A stretch of 64,000 bases of DNA from an uncultured Planctomycetia bacterium (GCA_964402785.1 CAYODQ010000004.1:159-64158), one strand, 5' to 3'; shown: positions 9,986 through 20,326, counted from the stretch's first letter. Translations and numbers: made by a program. Notes: generated by a model from the sequence alone, not told the origin.

Positions 9986-10600
9986 GTGATTATGACAATA
10001 GTTGTTGCTACCCAGAATAAAGATAAATGCCTTGAGATTAAAACGTTGCTCAGAGATCTCAACATCAGGGTTTTGTCCTTGGAGGATTTTTCTAAGTCCT
10101 CAAAAGTTGTTGAAAATTGCGATACCTTTGAAGGTAACGCTGAAAAAAAAGCGCGGGTGTATTCTAAGCGGACTAAATCTCTTTGCGTGGCAGACGATTC
10201 GGGCTTGATGGTTCGCGCGCTGAATGGCAAGCCGGGTGTTTATTCAGCAAGGTACGCGGGAAAAAATTGCACTTATGATGACAATAATCGTAAGGTTCTG
10301 AGCGCGCTTGCTCGCGCGCCCTGGCCTAAGCGGACTGCTAAATTTGTTTCGGTTGTCTCTGTCTATGACAATGGCCGCAAGATCAAGACCGTGCGAGGGG
10401 AGTGTGTGGGACGTATCGGGTTCATGCCCAAAGGAGACAATGGATTTGGCTATGACCCGATCTTCATTCCAAAAGGCTCGCCCAAAACGTATGCCGAGAT
10501 GACCAGCGAGGCTAAGAACGGCATTAGTCATCGCGGGAAAGCGCTTCGCAAGGCAAAAAAGGTTATCCAGGTTTATCTTAAGAAGAAAGGATCTAGCTGA
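9986..10600 (+). CDS. rdgB: Non-canonical purine NTP pyrophosphatase (dITP/XTP pyrophosphatase, Ham1/RdgB family)
   Basis: N-terminal 'IVVATQNKDKCLEIKTLL', 'TFEGNAEKKAR' and C-terminal 'FGYDPIFIPKG...TYAEM...KNGISHRGKALRK' are hallmark RdgB motifs. Confidence 0.85.
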   Translation: MIMTIVVATQNKDKCLEIKTLLRDLNIRVLSLEDFSKSSKVVENCDTFEGNAEKKARVYSKRTKSLCVADDSGLMVRALNGKPGVYSARYAGKNCTYDDNNRKVLSALARAPWPKRTAKFVSVVSVYDNGRKIKTVRGECVGRIGFMPKGDNGFGYDPIFIPKGSPKTYAEMTSEAKNGISHRGKALRKAKKVIQVYLKKKGSS

Positions 10601-13154
10601 CGATCTTTTGAACGATCCCGCCCAAAGTCTTTCCCACGGCTCGTCCCGACGGAAGTATATTTTTTTCGAACACAGGCGCTTTTAAATTACCTCTGACACG
10701 ATGTTGAGAGATGAATCGGCCGGCTTCATTGACCATAAAATTCGCAAGGCCTCCGGTAGCCTGAGCACCGCGAAACACATCTTCCGAGTAATTGATGTCC
10801 ATGAGCATATCCAGATCGCCATTCAGATGAATATCCCCCTCTAAGGATAGATTCACCGAGTCGCCAAGCAAGCTTAGTCTAGGAGCGTGTATTTTTTCGT
10901 TCTCCAGAGTGAATTCGGAGGTGAGTTCATGAAATGTCACCCAATCCAGACCTTCGACGCGGACAAGAGGGAGTTTGCCCATGGCCTTGAATTTGTCCGT
11001 TTGGAAGATAAAGCCGTTCGTGATGCTGAGAGTCCCGCGGCCACGCCAGCTGGGGCGATTTTGTAAGATCCCGCTAACTTCTGTATTCAATAGGAGCGTC
11101 CCGGATAATTTACTTTGCGAGCCCGGCAGATCCTTCGCGAGCTCTTTTAAATTGACCTGGTTGACGAACAGTTTGGCCACGAATGGGGTGGGTGATTTGG
11201 ATAGATCAAATGCCCAGCTGCTGCCCATGGGGCCGCCATAAAAATCAGCGTGAAAATAGGGGATATTCAGGATCTTTTGCGCCATGCGCAGCTGAAGTTG
11301 AACGGATCTCAATTTGAATTTTTGATTGAATACCACCGACTTGGAGCTTGCATCCATTTGAATATTTGCCGCAAGCCAATTATCAACGCTGCCGTTAAAG
11401 GTGAATGCGCCCTCCAGCGTGCCATCGACGGCTGTGCGCTTTAGATCCGGATAGGTTTGAGCGGCCCAGGCAAGCGATCTTCGTAGATCGATAAGCGCCT
11501 GCCCTTGAAGATTTAGGTGTGGTTTTTGCCAATCGATCACTTGCCCCCTGAACGCCAGGGACGCGCCAGCCATGCGCAGGGTGGCGTTGGATAAATGAAT
11601 ATCGGAGCCCAGCACTTTAAAATCAGAAAAAAATCTCAGTCTTTGTGAGCGAGCCTTGATCGTTCCGCTAGGCGGGGTATTTTTCGGGATACTGCCATTG
11701 ATCTGCACGGCTTCAGCGCCCAGCATAAAATTTAGATCCTGGATCCGAAGTCCGGATGGATCCATAAAAAAATCGCCGGAGACTTGTTTTAGGCGGATAT
11801 TTTTAGGCTCGCTTGTGACAGCTCCTTCCGATAAACGGATCTTGTGTTGGGTTTCGACCCGAGCACCTTTTTTGAGCGAACCTGTGAGTTGTGTCAGTGT
11901 CTGGCACTGACCTTCAATTTTAAGATCTTTTATTTTGTCCAAAGTATCTTTGGGAATAAGCGCGCGCACCTGATCCATGGTCAGCGCGGATCGGATCTCT
12001 CCGTTCACCAAAAGCTCTTTGAACGAGCGGACATGGCCGACCGCTTCAAAGGCGATATTTTTATATTCCCCACGCAGAGAACGCACCGTCAGAAGGTCTT
12101 TCTCAAAACGGATCTCTCCGTTGAGATCTTCGATCTTGTCGATCTGTTGTGACAGCTTGAAGGCATTGACGCGAGCCATAGAAAGGCTGCCTTTATATTG
12201 TTCAAATTTACGAAGTATGGGGTCGAACACGCCCTCAGCCTCTAGTTTCATATGACCCTGATAAAAGCTTGGGGAGGTCGATATCTCGGCTTCTTTGAGA
12301 TCCGCATGGGTATGAAAAAGTAGCAGCGAATGCTGTCCGCTCCAAACTTGGGTTTCCAGATACAATCTGCCTTTTTGGAGCTGAATAAAATTATTTTTTT
12401 GATAGGCGCGCAGCCATTCGGGCACTTTTTTGCTATGCGTTTTAAGATTAAAAGTGTAGTTACCTTTTTTAAGGTCCCAATTTCCGGTCAGCGATACGTT
12501 GGCGTAGGAGTCTTGGCCGAGGCTGACGTTTCCATCAAATCGAATGACAGGTGGCTTGTGAAAGCCCATCCGTATATTAATCGAGCGGAGTGTTTCAGCT
12601 ACCGGTGATGTTTTGGTCGGGCTAATACGAACGACGCCATTGATGATCTCAATTTGCTCCAAATAAACATTCTCGGGCAGGAATGTATCAGGGCCGGTGG
12701 CAATATCCTCCAATTTATAATTCGGCTGATTGCTGATGATCGGGACGCTGATCTGTCCGGAGATCGCTGTTTTGGGGGCTTCGGGCTCTGCTTTTTTGGG
12801 TTGGGCGATCACGAGATCATAAACAGGCGTATCCAGCACAAAGTGGTCGATGATGATCTTTTTTTGTTGGAAAAAGGGGATCAGCTTGACGTTGACTGCG
12901 ACGCGCTTGGCCGAAAAAAGGAGAGACCCGTCTTCCTTGTACCAACGCACACCTTGCAAGTTGAGTCCTGAGAAAGGCAGGTAAACAGCTTTGTCAAAGT
13001 GAATATCTTGATGCGTGATCCGCTTGAGCTCAAGAATAGCCTTTTCTCGTAGTTGGCCGGGAAACAGCCCGATTTGGACATAAGTTAGGCCGAGCGCCGC
13101 CACGAAAGAAAATGCCAGGAACCATTTGAATGCCCTGCGATGTCGAGATTTCAT
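10593..13154 (-). CDS. AsmA-family / TamB-like envelope-assembly protein
   Basis: 853 aa with a single N-terminal TM anchor, then a long beta-rich region containing repeated G/N/S-rich segments. The N-terminal ~100 aa resemble the AsmA N-domain. Confidence 0.45.
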   Translation of the reverse strand: MKSRHRRAFKWFLAFSFVAALGLTYVQIGLFPGQLREKAILELKRITHQDIHFDKAVYLPFSGLNLQGVRWYKEDGSLLFSAKRVAVNVKLIPFFQQKKIIIDHFVLDTPVYDLVIAQPKKAEPEAPKTAISGQISVPIISNQPNYKLEDIATGPDTFLPENVYLEQIEIINGVVRISPTKTSPVAETLRSINIRMGFHKPPVIRFDGNVSLGQDSYANVSLTGNWDLKKGNYTFNLKTHSKKVPEWLRAYQKNNFIQLQKGRLYLETQVWSGQHSLLLFHTHADLKEAEISTSPSFYQGHMKLEAEGVFDPILRKFEQYKGSLSMARVNAFKLSQQIDKIEDLNGEIRFEKDLLTVRSLRGEYKNIAFEAVGHVRSFKELLVNGEIRSALTMDQVRALIPKDTLDKIKDLKIEGQCQTLTQLTGSLKKGARVETQHKIRLSEGAVTSEPKNIRLKQVSGDFFMDPSGLRIQDLNFMLGAEAVQINGSIPKNTPPSGTIKARSQRLRFFSDFKVLGSDIHLSNATLRMAGASLAFRGQVIDWQKPHLNLQGQALIDLRRSLAWAAQTYPDLKRTAVDGTLEGAFTFNGSVDNWLAANIQMDASSKSVVFNQKFKLRSVQLQLRMAQKILNIPYFHADFYGGPMGSSWAFDLSKSPTPFVAKLFVNQVNLKELAKDLPGSQSKLSGTLLLNTEVSGILQNRPSWRGRGTLSITNGFIFQTDKFKAMGKLPLVRVEGLDWVTFHELTSEFTLENEKIHAPRLSLLGDSVNLSLEGDIHLNGDLDMLMDINYSEDVFRGAQATGGLANFMVNEAGRFISQHRVRGNLKAPVFEKNILPSGRAVGKTLGGIVQKIVS

Positions 13155-13244
13155 AACTCCTGATTATAGCATGAGTTGAGATACAGCGGTCAGGAGCCGG
13201 AGAAAGTTGTTGCGGGGTATAATGCCTTTCTCTATAATGCGCGC

Positions 13245-13742
13245 ATGAAGAAACGCAGAACCAAGGGCATTTATCCAGGCACATTCGATCCCGTGACCAA
13301 CGGACACATAGATCTGATCCGGCGGGCACTGGGTATCTTTGACGAAGTGCTCGTGGCTGTGGCGGATGCCGGGTCTGATAAAAATCCGCTTTTTTCGACC
13401 CGGGAGCGCGTTGATTTTTTAAAACGAGCCACCCATGATCTGGGCTCGCGGGTGACGGTCGAGTCTTTTGACGGGCTGGTCGTAAATTTTGCGCAAAAAA
13501 AGGGTGCCGGCACCATGATCCGCGGTGTGCGTATGTTCTCAGATTTTGAATATGAGTTTCAGATGGCGCTTACCAATCGCAAGCTCAATAAAGAGATCGA
13601 GACGATGTTTTTGATGCCGCATGAATCGTATTCTTATTTATCGAGCCGGATGATCAAAGAGATAGCCAGGCTCTCGGGTGATATCCGGCCCTTTGTGCCG
13701 CCATACGTCGAAAAGGCATTGAAAAGCAAATATCAGAGCTGA
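13245..13742 (+). CDS. coaD: Phosphopantetheine adenylyltransferase
   Basis: 'GIYPGTFDPVTNGHIDLIRRA' (the T/HxGH nucleotidyltransferase motif) and a typical ~165-aa length. The start is chosen at the internal ATG 13245 within ORF 13176..13742. Confidence 0.9.
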   Translation: MKKRRTKGIYPGTFDPVTNGHIDLIRRALGIFDEVLVAVADAGSDKNPLFSTRERVDFLKRATHDLGSRVTVESFDGLVVNFAQKKGAGTMIRGVRMFSDFEYEFQMALTNRKLNKEIETMFLMPHESYSYLSSRMIKEIARLSGDIRPFVPPYVEKALKSKYQS

Positions 13743-13752
13743 AGATCTTTTA

Positions 13753-14175
13753 ATGAAAATCAATTTAAAGAACGCGGAAGACGATAAAACAATTTTTTTG
13801 GAAGATGTGCTGGATTCCAAGGCCCTGGATCTGGATATTGGGATCATGCATTTTCCGGAAGAGATCCGTTTGAAGGTGGAAGCCTGGAAAACGGGGGACG
13901 ATCTGACGGTCAACGCACATGTCGAAGGCGATCAGCAGTTTACGTGTTCGCGGTGCCTTGAAGAATTTGATAATCTATTTGAAAAAGATTTTACACTTCA
14001 TTATGATATCAAAGGTCTTGATTCGGTAAGTATCGACCAAGAGGTTCGGGAAGAGCTGATGCTTGAGTGCCCGATCCGTATTTTATGTAAGCCCGATTGT
14101 AAAGGGCTATGTGTATCTTGCGGGGCCAACTTAAACGAAGGACCCTGCGGCTGTAGAAAGGAATCTAATGCCTAA
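13753..14175 (+). CDS. yceD: YceD/DUF177 family protein (23S rRNA accumulation protein)
   Basis: C-terminal Cys cluster (CSRC...CKPDCKGLCVSCGANLNEGPCGC) and the conserved position immediately upstream of rpmF-plsX. Confidence 0.8.
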   Translation: MKINLKNAEDDKTIFLEDVLDSKALDLDIGIMHFPEEIRLKVEAWKTGDDLTVNAHVEGDQQFTCSRCLEEFDNLFEKDFTLHYDIKGLDSVSIDQEVREELMLECPIRILCKPDCKGLCVSCGANLNEGPCGCRKESNA

Positions 14176-14368
14176 TCCAAAAAGAAGACACTCGAATACC
14201 AGAACGCGGAAGCGCCGTACGCATGATGTGATGTATGCGACGCCAACGTCTGCTTGCAAACAATGTGGTAACCCTATTATGTCTCACCGCGTATGCCCCA
14301 AATGCGGTTTTTACAAAGGACGTCAGGTTATCAACATCAAAACCAAAGATAAGAAAAAGACTCGTTGA
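14168..14368 (+). CDS. rpmF: 50S ribosomal protein L32
   Basis: 'MPNPKRRHSNTRTRKRRTH' N-terminus and CxxC...CxxC zinc ribbon, 66 aa. Confidence 0.9.
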   Translation: MPNPKRRHSNTRTRKRRTHDVMYATPTSACKQCGNPIMSHRVCPKCGFYKGRQVINIKTKDKKKTR

Positions 14369-15360
14369 GGATAGCCCTTGACGCTATGGGCGGGGATGAT
14401 GCTCCCCAGTCCATGGTTGCGGGAGCGATCTTAGCTGCCCGCGAATACGGATATCGCATCGTGCTTGTCGGGGATCAGACGCTTGTGCAGTCTGAGCTTG
14501 AGAAGCACAAGAATGTACCCAACACGATCAGCGTTCATCATGCGGGAAGTTTTGTCCGCATGGATGAATCGGCTGCGTTGGCGATCCGCAAGAAAAAAGA
14601 CGCCTCTGTGTCCATTTGCGCTGAGCTCATCCGGGACGGAGTTGTGGATGCGATGGTCACGGCTGGACACACGGGCGCGGCCGTTGTGGCGTCTACGCTC
14701 AAACTTCGGCTTCTTGAGGGCATTGAACGCCCCGGCATCGGCATCCTTTTTCCCACACTCAAAACGCCTTGTTTTTTAATAGACGTTGGCGCCAACATCG
14801 ATATCAAGCCTGTTCATTTATTTCAATACGCTTTGATGGGGGATGTGTATTTCCGTTATATTCTCCGTAAAAATCGTCCATCTGTAGGTATTTTGAATAT
14901 CGGCGAGGAAGAATCCAAAGGCACCGAATACATCAAAGAGGCTCATCGTCTTCTCAGTGATTCCAAACTTCATTTTATAGGCAATGTCGAAGGCCGTGAC
15001 ATTTTCAACGGTAAAGTCGATATCGTCGTGTGCGACGGATTTGTGGGTAATGTTGTTTTAAAGGTAGCAGAATCGATCGCAGATGTTATTGGAAAGCTTT
15101 TAAAGCACGAGCTTAAGAAAAGCCCCGTTACTCAGCTGGGAGCTTTTTTAGCCATGCCCGCTTTTAAGGCGCTTAAGAAAGAGATCGATTATGCTGAGCA
15201 GGGCGGCGCGCCTCTTTTGGGTGTGAATGGCACGTGTATCATTGGACACGGATCCTCCAATCCTCTCGCGATTAAAAATGCTATCCGCGTCAGCGCCGAG
15301 TACGTCAAATACGAGATCAATCAGCATATTCTTGAAGCCGTTCGGGCGAGCAAGGCGTAG
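14365..15360 (+). CDS. plsX: Phosphate acyltransferase PlsX
   Basis: 'RIALDAMGGDDAP' N-terminus, 'TAGHTGA' and 'GNVEGRDI' motifs. TTG start overlaps the rpmF stop. Confidence 0.9.
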   Translation: MRIALDAMGGDDAPQSMVAGAILAAREYGYRIVLVGDQTLVQSELEKHKNVPNTISVHHAGSFVRMDESAALAIRKKKDASVSICAELIRDGVVDAMVTAGHTGAAVVASTLKLRLLEGIERPGIGILFPTLKTPCFLIDVGANIDIKPVHLFQYALMGDVYFRYILRKNRPSVGILNIGEEESKGTEYIKEAHRLLSDSKLHFIGNVEGRDIFNGKVDIVVCDGFVGNVVLKVAESIADVIGKLLKHELKKSPVTQLGAFLAMPAFKALKKEIDYAEQGGAPLLGVNGTCIIGHGSSNPLAIKNAIRVSAEYVKYEINQHILEAVRASKA

Positions 15361-15363
15361 TCC

Positions 15364-16344
15364 ATGACAAGGCGTGCCGCGATCGCAGGCTTGGGATATG
15401 CCGTGCCCCCAAAGATCCTCACTAACCAAGATCTTGAAAAATTGGTGGATACCAGCGATGAGTGGATCCGCACTCGCACCGGGATCTCCGAGCGACGTAT
15501 CGCAGAAAAAGGGTCTGGTACAAGTGATCTGGCTGCAAAAGCGGCTGAGAAAGCGCTCACATCCGCCGGCGTCAAAGCCGAAGAGATCGACCTCATCATT
15601 GCCGCCACGAGTACACCGGATATGCCGCTTCCATCGACCGCCTGTTTTATTCAGCAAAAGATCGGTGCCAAAAAAGCAGCTGCTTTTGATCTGGCAGCGG
15701 CTTGTGCTGGGTTTGTGTATGGGTTAAGTACCGCTGAACAGTTTATTCTGGGTGGTATGTATAAAAAGGTCTTAGTTATAGGTGCAGATGTGATCTCTCC
15801 TTATATAGACTGGTCCGACCGATCCACATGCGTGCTGTTTGGGGATGGTGCAGCTGCTGCTGTGTTGGTTGCTTCGGAATCGCACGGTATTCTTTCAAGT
15901 GTGTTGGGATCCGATGGACAGTACGCTGATCTGCTCACGATCAAATGTGGAGGCTCTCGTAATCCGGCCTCTCACGCCTCGGTGGATGCAAAGGGTCATT
16001 ATCTCCAGATGAACGGCGCTGAAGTCTTCAAGCTTGCTGTGCGCGGCATGACCGATGCTGTGATCGAAGCGCTTGAGAAGTCACATATCAAAAAAGACGA
16101 GATCTCTTGTTTTGTTCCGCATCAAGCCAATCTTCGCATCATAGACGCTGTGGCCGATAGGCTTGAGCTGCCCAAAGAAAAAATATTCGTGAACTTGCAA
16201 AAATACGGCAACACATCCGCAGCTTCATGCGCCATCGCTTTGTGCGAAGCGGTTGAATCCGGAAAAATTAAAAAGGGTGACAAAGTGGTGATCGCAACTT
16301 TTGGAAGCGGGCTTGTTTGGGCCGCGATGGTGATGGAATGGTGA
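15364..16344 (+). CDS. fabH: 3-oxoacyl-ACP synthase III
   Basis: 'AAIAGLGYAVPPKILTNQDLEK' N-terminus, active-site 'AACAGF' Cys and 'VPHQANLRI...GNTSAAS' His/Asn motifs. Confidence 0.92.
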   Translation: MTRRAAIAGLGYAVPPKILTNQDLEKLVDTSDEWIRTRTGISERRIAEKGSGTSDLAAKAAEKALTSAGVKAEEIDLIIAATSTPDMPLPSTACFIQQKIGAKKAAAFDLAAACAGFVYGLSTAEQFILGGMYKKVLVIGADVISPYIDWSDRSTCVLFGDGAAAAVLVASESHGILSSVLGSDGQYADLLTIKCGGSRNPASHASVDAKGHYLQMNGAEVFKLAVRGMTDAVIEALEKSHIKKDEISCFVPHQANLRIIDAVADRLELPKEKIFVNLQKYGNTSAASCAIALCEAVESGKIKKGDKVVIATFGSGLVWAAMVMEW

Positions 16345-17261
16345 AGTGCGCTTATCTTTTTCCGGGTCAAGGATCGCAGCATGTAGGGATGGGCAAAGAT
16401 CTTTACGATCATTACCCGGCCGCCAAGACGATCTATGACCGAGCCGCTCAGCTTTTGGATTTTGATATCAAGAAGATCTGTTTTGAAGGGCCAGCGGAAG
16501 AGTTGACCAAAACACGGTATGCTCAGTCCGCCATTTTTGTGACGAGCTTAGCGGCCTTGGAGGTCTTTAAACATCATCCCAAATTCAGTCAGTTTCAGCC
16601 CACATACGCAGCAGGGTTGAGCTTGGGAGAGGCGACGGCGTTGACGGCTGCGGGAGCGGTGAGTTTTGAGAATGGACTCGGCTTTGTGCGCGACCGAGGT
16701 CAATTCATGGACGAAGCCTCTATTGAAAGCCCTGGCCTTATGGCGGCTGTGCTGGGTATGGAGCTTAAAAGTGTTGAAGAGGTGTGTCAGGCAACTGGCG
16801 CCGAAGTGGGCAATCTTAATGCGCCCGGACAGATCGTCATCTCCGGTTTTAAGAAAAATGTTGAAGAGGCCATAGAAAAATTGCGCGAAAAGGGTGCTCG
16901 TAAGGTCATTCCGTTGGATGTGAGCGGCGCTTTTCATTCCAAGTGCATGGATTCGGCGTGTTTGCGGATTGAAAAGGCGCTGCGGTCTGTTGAGCTCAAG
17001 ACACCCGATATAGAGGTGGTCAGTAATTTGACAGCCGGCATCGAGACCGATCCCCAAAAGATCAAAGATAATTTGGTCAAGCAGATGAATCATCGTACCC
17101 TCTGGGAAGATTCCATGCGCTTTATTTTATCCAAAGGGGTCAAGACGTTCATTGAATTCGCTCCGGGAAAAGTGTTGAAGGGGCTTATGAAAAAAATAGA
17201 TCCGGAGGCAGAGGTGATCTGTCTAGGGTCAATGGAGGATTTTCATGTCTTCGAAAATTAA
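16338..17261 (+). CDS. fabD: Malonyl-CoA:ACP transacylase
   Basis: 'YLFPGQGSQHVGMG' and the 'GLSLGE' nucleophile motif. The start is taken at ATG 16338, which overlaps the fabH stop. Confidence 0.9.
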   Translation: MVKCAYLFPGQGSQHVGMGKDLYDHYPAAKTIYDRAAQLLDFDIKKICFEGPAEELTKTRYAQSAIFVTSLAALEVFKHHPKFSQFQPTYAAGLSLGEATALTAAGAVSFENGLGFVRDRGQFMDEASIESPGLMAAVLGMELKSVEEVCQATGAEVGNLNAPGQIVISGFKKNVEEAIEKLREKGARKVIPLDVSGAFHSKCMDSACLRIEKALRSVELKTPDIEVVSNLTAGIETDPQKIKDNLVKQMNHRTLWEDSMRFILSKGVKTFIEFAPGKVLKGLMKKIDPEAEVICLGSMEDFHVFEN

Positions 17262-18003
17262 ACGCCTTCAAGATAAAGTTGCGATCGTCACGGGTGCCAG
17301 TCGCGGTATCGGCAGGGAGCTTGCGCTGGTTTTTGCACAAGAGGGCGCAAAATTAGTACTCACAGCACGCTCGTTGGATCCGCTCAGATCTTTATCAGAT
17401 GAAATTGTAAAAGCGGGCGGCTTTGAGCCTCTTTGTATTGAATTGGATGTCAAAAATTCCGAAAAAGTGGACGAAATGGTGGACAAAACTCTTGACAAGT
17501 TTAGTCGTGTTGATATACTCGTCAACAATGCGGGCGTGACGCGCGATGGTTTGCTTTTGCGCATGTCCGATGACGACTGGGATGAAGTGCTGGATACAAA
17601 TTTAAAAGGCGCTTTTCACTGTCTACGCGCTGTCGCTAAGCCGATGATGCGTCAGCGAGCAGGAAGAATCATTAACATGGCCTCGGTGATCGGGTTGATC
17701 GGAAATGCCGGTCAGGCCAATTATGCAGCCAGCAAAGCAGGTTTGATCGCTTTGACAAAGTCGGCGGCCAAAGAGCTTGGTTCACGCAATATTTTGATCA
17801 ACGCGATAGCGCCGGGATTCATCGATACGGATATGACGCAGGCGCTGTCCGAAGAGGTTAGAAAAGCAATTTTGAAAAATATACCGACCGGCGTTTTTGG
17901 GAAACCGGTCGACGTCGCGAGAGCAGCGGTTTTTCTCGCTTCGGATGAAAGCAGTTTTGTGACAGGGCAGGTTCTCACCGTTGACGGTGGGATGGTCATG
18001 TGA
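17245..18003 (+). CDS. fabG: 3-oxoacyl-ACP reductase
   Basis: SDR 'VTGASRGIGRELA' and 'NAG' motifs plus the 'YAASKAG' catalytic YxxxK. Located in the fab operon. Confidence 0.9.
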   Translation: MSSKIKRLQDKVAIVTGASRGIGRELALVFAQEGAKLVLTARSLDPLRSLSDEIVKAGGFEPLCIELDVKNSEKVDEMVDKTLDKFSRVDILVNNAGVTRDGLLLRMSDDDWDEVLDTNLKGAFHCLRAVAKPMMRQRAGRIINMASVIGLIGNAGQANYAASKAGLIALTKSAAKELGSRNILINAIAPGFIDTDMTQALSEEVRKAILKNIPTGVFGKPVDVARAAVFLASDESSFVTGQVLTVDGGMVM

Positions 18004-18029
18004 AAAATTTAACGAGAGGAGCTTAATCG

Positions 18030-18278
18030 ATGAGCGATACAGCAGGTAAAGTAAGGTCCATCATTGCAGAGCAGCTGGGAGTTAAGATCGAGGAAGTCAC
18101 TGACTCAGCGTCTTTTGTGGACGATCTAGGTGCTGATTCATTGGACACGGTTGAGCTTGTGATGGCTCTCGAGGAAGAGTTTGGTATCGAGATCCCCGAT
18201 GAAGACGCCGAAAAGATGACCAACGTCGGCGAAGCTGTCCGTTACGTGGATCAGAAAGCCACCAAAAGCTCTAAGTAA
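18030..18278 (+). CDS. acpP: Acyl carrier protein
   Basis: '[26 protein letters not shown]' with the DSL phosphopantetheine attachment site, 82 aa. Confidence 0.92.
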   Translation: MSDTAGKVRSIIAEQLGVKIEEVTDSASFVDDLGADSLDTVELVMALEEEFGIEIPDEDAEKMTNVGEAVRYVDQKATKSSK

Positions 18279-18299
18279 CTTTTTTAGTCTAATATAGCA

Positions 18300-19547
18300 A
18301 TGTCATCCTATCCGCGTGTCGTAGTCACAGGCATAGGCGCGGTCACCCCGATTGGCAACACAGCCCAAGATTTTTGGGCTGCGGCAGTATCTGGTAAAAG
18401 CGGCGTTGATAGAATAACCGCTTTTGACCCGGCTGCCTTCGATTGTAAAATTGCCGCTGAAATAACTAATTATGATCCCAAGCTAACCATTCCCGTTAAA
18501 GAGTCCAGGAGGATGGAGCGCTTTTGCCAATTTGCCGTGACGGCCGCGGGTGAGGCGATAAAGGACGCAGCATTGGACATGAGCAAAGAAGATCCTCATG
18601 CCGTGGGCGTCATCATTGGTTCCGGCATCGGCAGCTTACGCATCGTCGAAGAGACGCATGCGCAGTACATGGCCAAAGGCCCCGATAAGTTCACCCCTTT
18701 TATGATCCCACTTCTTATTATCAACATGGCCTCTGGATGGGTCTCGATGTTGCATGGCTTAAAAGGCCCCAACACAGCGGTTGTGAGTGCTTGTGCAACC
18801 GGTACACATGCCATCGGCGAAGCGTATCGTATGATCAAGCACGGGTATGCCAAGGTTATGGTGTCGGGCGGAACGGAGAGTTGTGTCACGCCGCTAGGTA
18901 TTGGCGGTTTTTGTGCGCTCAAAGCCTTATCCAAAAGAAATGATGATCCTCAAAAAGCTTCCAGACCCTTTGATAAAGATCGTGACGGTTTTGTGATGGG
19001 AGAGGGCGCGGGCATTGTTGTTCTGGAGGAGCTGGAGCATGCCAAGGCGCGCGGCGCTAAGATCTATGGAGAGGTAGTGGGATATGCGCTAAACGGCGAT
19101 GCTTTTCACATGACAGCCCCTCATCCGGAAGGCGAGGGGGCAGTGTATTGTATGAATCTGGCATTAAAAGATGCCCGCATGAAGCCGGAAGATATCACGT
19201 ATGTAAACGCGCACGGAACTTCCACCGAGCTCAATGACAAGATAGAAACTTTGGCGATCAAAAAAACATTCGGTGATCATGCTAAAAAATTACAGATCAG
19301 CTCAACAAAGTCTATGACGGGCCATACATTGGGCGCTGCCGGTGGCATCGAATTTGTTGCGTGCTGTTTGTCACTCCAGCATCAAACGCTTCATCCGACC
19401 ATCAATCAGATCACGTCCGATCCGGAATGTGATCTGGATTATATCCCTAATACCGCGCGCAAGACACCGGTTGAAGTTTGTTTGTCCAATTCTTTGGGGT
19501 TTGGCGGTCACAACACCACCATCATAGTTAAAAAGTTCAGGGGGTAA
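18300..19547 (+). CDS. fabF: 3-oxoacyl-ACP synthase II
   Basis: 'RVVVTGIGAVTPIGN', 'SACATGTHAIG' (active Cys), 'NAHGTST' and 'GHTLGAAG' motifs. Confidence 0.92.
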   Translation: MSSYPRVVVTGIGAVTPIGNTAQDFWAAAVSGKSGVDRITAFDPAAFDCKIAAEITNYDPKLTIPVKESRRMERFCQFAVTAAGEAIKDAALDMSKEDPHAVGVIIGSGIGSLRIVEETHAQYMAKGPDKFTPFMIPLLIINMASGWVSMLHGLKGPNTAVVSACATGTHAIGEAYRMIKHGYAKVMVSGGTESCVTPLGIGGFCALKALSKRNDDPQKASRPFDKDRDGFVMGEGAGIVVLEELEHAKARGAKIYGEVVGYALNGDAFHMTAPHPEGEGAVYCMNLALKDARMKPEDITYVNAHGTSTELNDKIETLAIKKTFGDHAKKLQISSTKSMTGHTLGAAGGIEFVACCLSLQHQTLHPTINQITSDPECDLDYIPNTARKTPVEVCLSNSLGFGGHNTTIIVKKFRG

Positions 19548-19549
19548 GT

Positions 19550-20326
19550 ATGGCCGGATTATTAGAAGGTAAAAAGGGTTTGATCCTTGGCGTTGCCAAT
19601 AAAAGAAGCATTGCTTGGGGAGTGGCGCAAAGCTGTGCCAATCAAGGCGCTGAACTTGCTTTTACGTTTCAAGGCGAGAGGTTGGAAGAAAATGTTCGCG
19701 AACTCGCCAGTACGCTTAAAGGCTCTCTTGTGATGCCGTGTGATGTGATGAAAGAATCCGAATTGGATGCGGCCTTCAATAAAATAAAACAAGAATGGGG
19801 CGGATTGGATTTTGTAGCGCATTGCATTGCATATGCGCAAGCAGATGATCTCAAAGGCGAATACCTAAAAACAAAAAAAGATGGTTTTGATATGTCGATG
19901 GGCGTGAGCGCCTATTCCCTGACAGCTGTTTGTCAAAAAGCCGCACCGCTTTTGGAAGCGCGCGGCGGCGGAAGCATCATAACACTTACTTATTTGGGCG
20001 GTGATCGCGTATCTCCAGAATACAACGTGATGGGTGTTGCAAAAGCAGCGCTTCAATCCAGCGTTCGATATTTATCGTATGATCTAGGCCCCAAAAATAT
20101 TCGTGTCAATGCGATCTCGGCAGGCCCTGTGCAGACGTTGGCTGCACGCGGCATATCCGGCTTCATGGATATGTACAAAATTGCCCGTGAAAAAGCACCA
20201 CTTCGTCGCAACACCACTCCTGAAGAAGTGGGCGACACCGCTCTCTTTTTGGTGAGCGCTTTGGGGCGTGGTATCACGGGCCAGACTATTTTTGTCGACA
20301 ACGGCCTCAGCATTTTGGCGTTTTAA
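19550..20326 (+). CDS. fabI: Enoyl-ACP reductase (NADH), FabI type
   Basis: 'GKKGLILGVANKRSIAWG' and 'YNVMGVAKAAL' (the Y-x6-K catalytic pair). Confidence 0.88.
   Translation: MAGLLEGKKGLILGVANKRSIAWGVAQSCANQGAELAFTFQGERLEENVRELASTLKGSLVMPCDVMKESELDAAFNKIKQEWGGLDFVAHCIAYAQADDLKGEYLKTKKDGFDMSMGVSAYSLTAVCQKAAPLLEARGGGSIITLTYLGGDRVSPEYNVMGVAKAALQSSVRYLSYDLGPKNIRVNAISAGPVQTLAARGISGFMDMYKIAREKAPLRRNTTPEEVGDTALFLVSALGRGITGQTIFVDNGLSILAF

Noticed and set aside
10975-12971. Multiple + strand ORFs (88-105 aa) opposite the AsmA-like gene
   Set aside because: They are short and overlapping, have no motifs, and lie within a single 853-aa − strand CDS that has a coherent N-terminal TM anchor and domain structure.
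13176-13244. Upstream extension of coaD (ORF start 13176)
   Set aside because: The conserved PPAT N-terminus (KGIYPGTFDP) follows the internal ATG at 13245. The upstream part lies in the divergent promoter region shared with the AsmA-like gene.
15148-17093. Antisense ORFs (15148..15657 −, 16548..17093 −) within plsX/fabH/fabD
   Set aside because: They oppose highly conserved housekeeping genes and are spurious.
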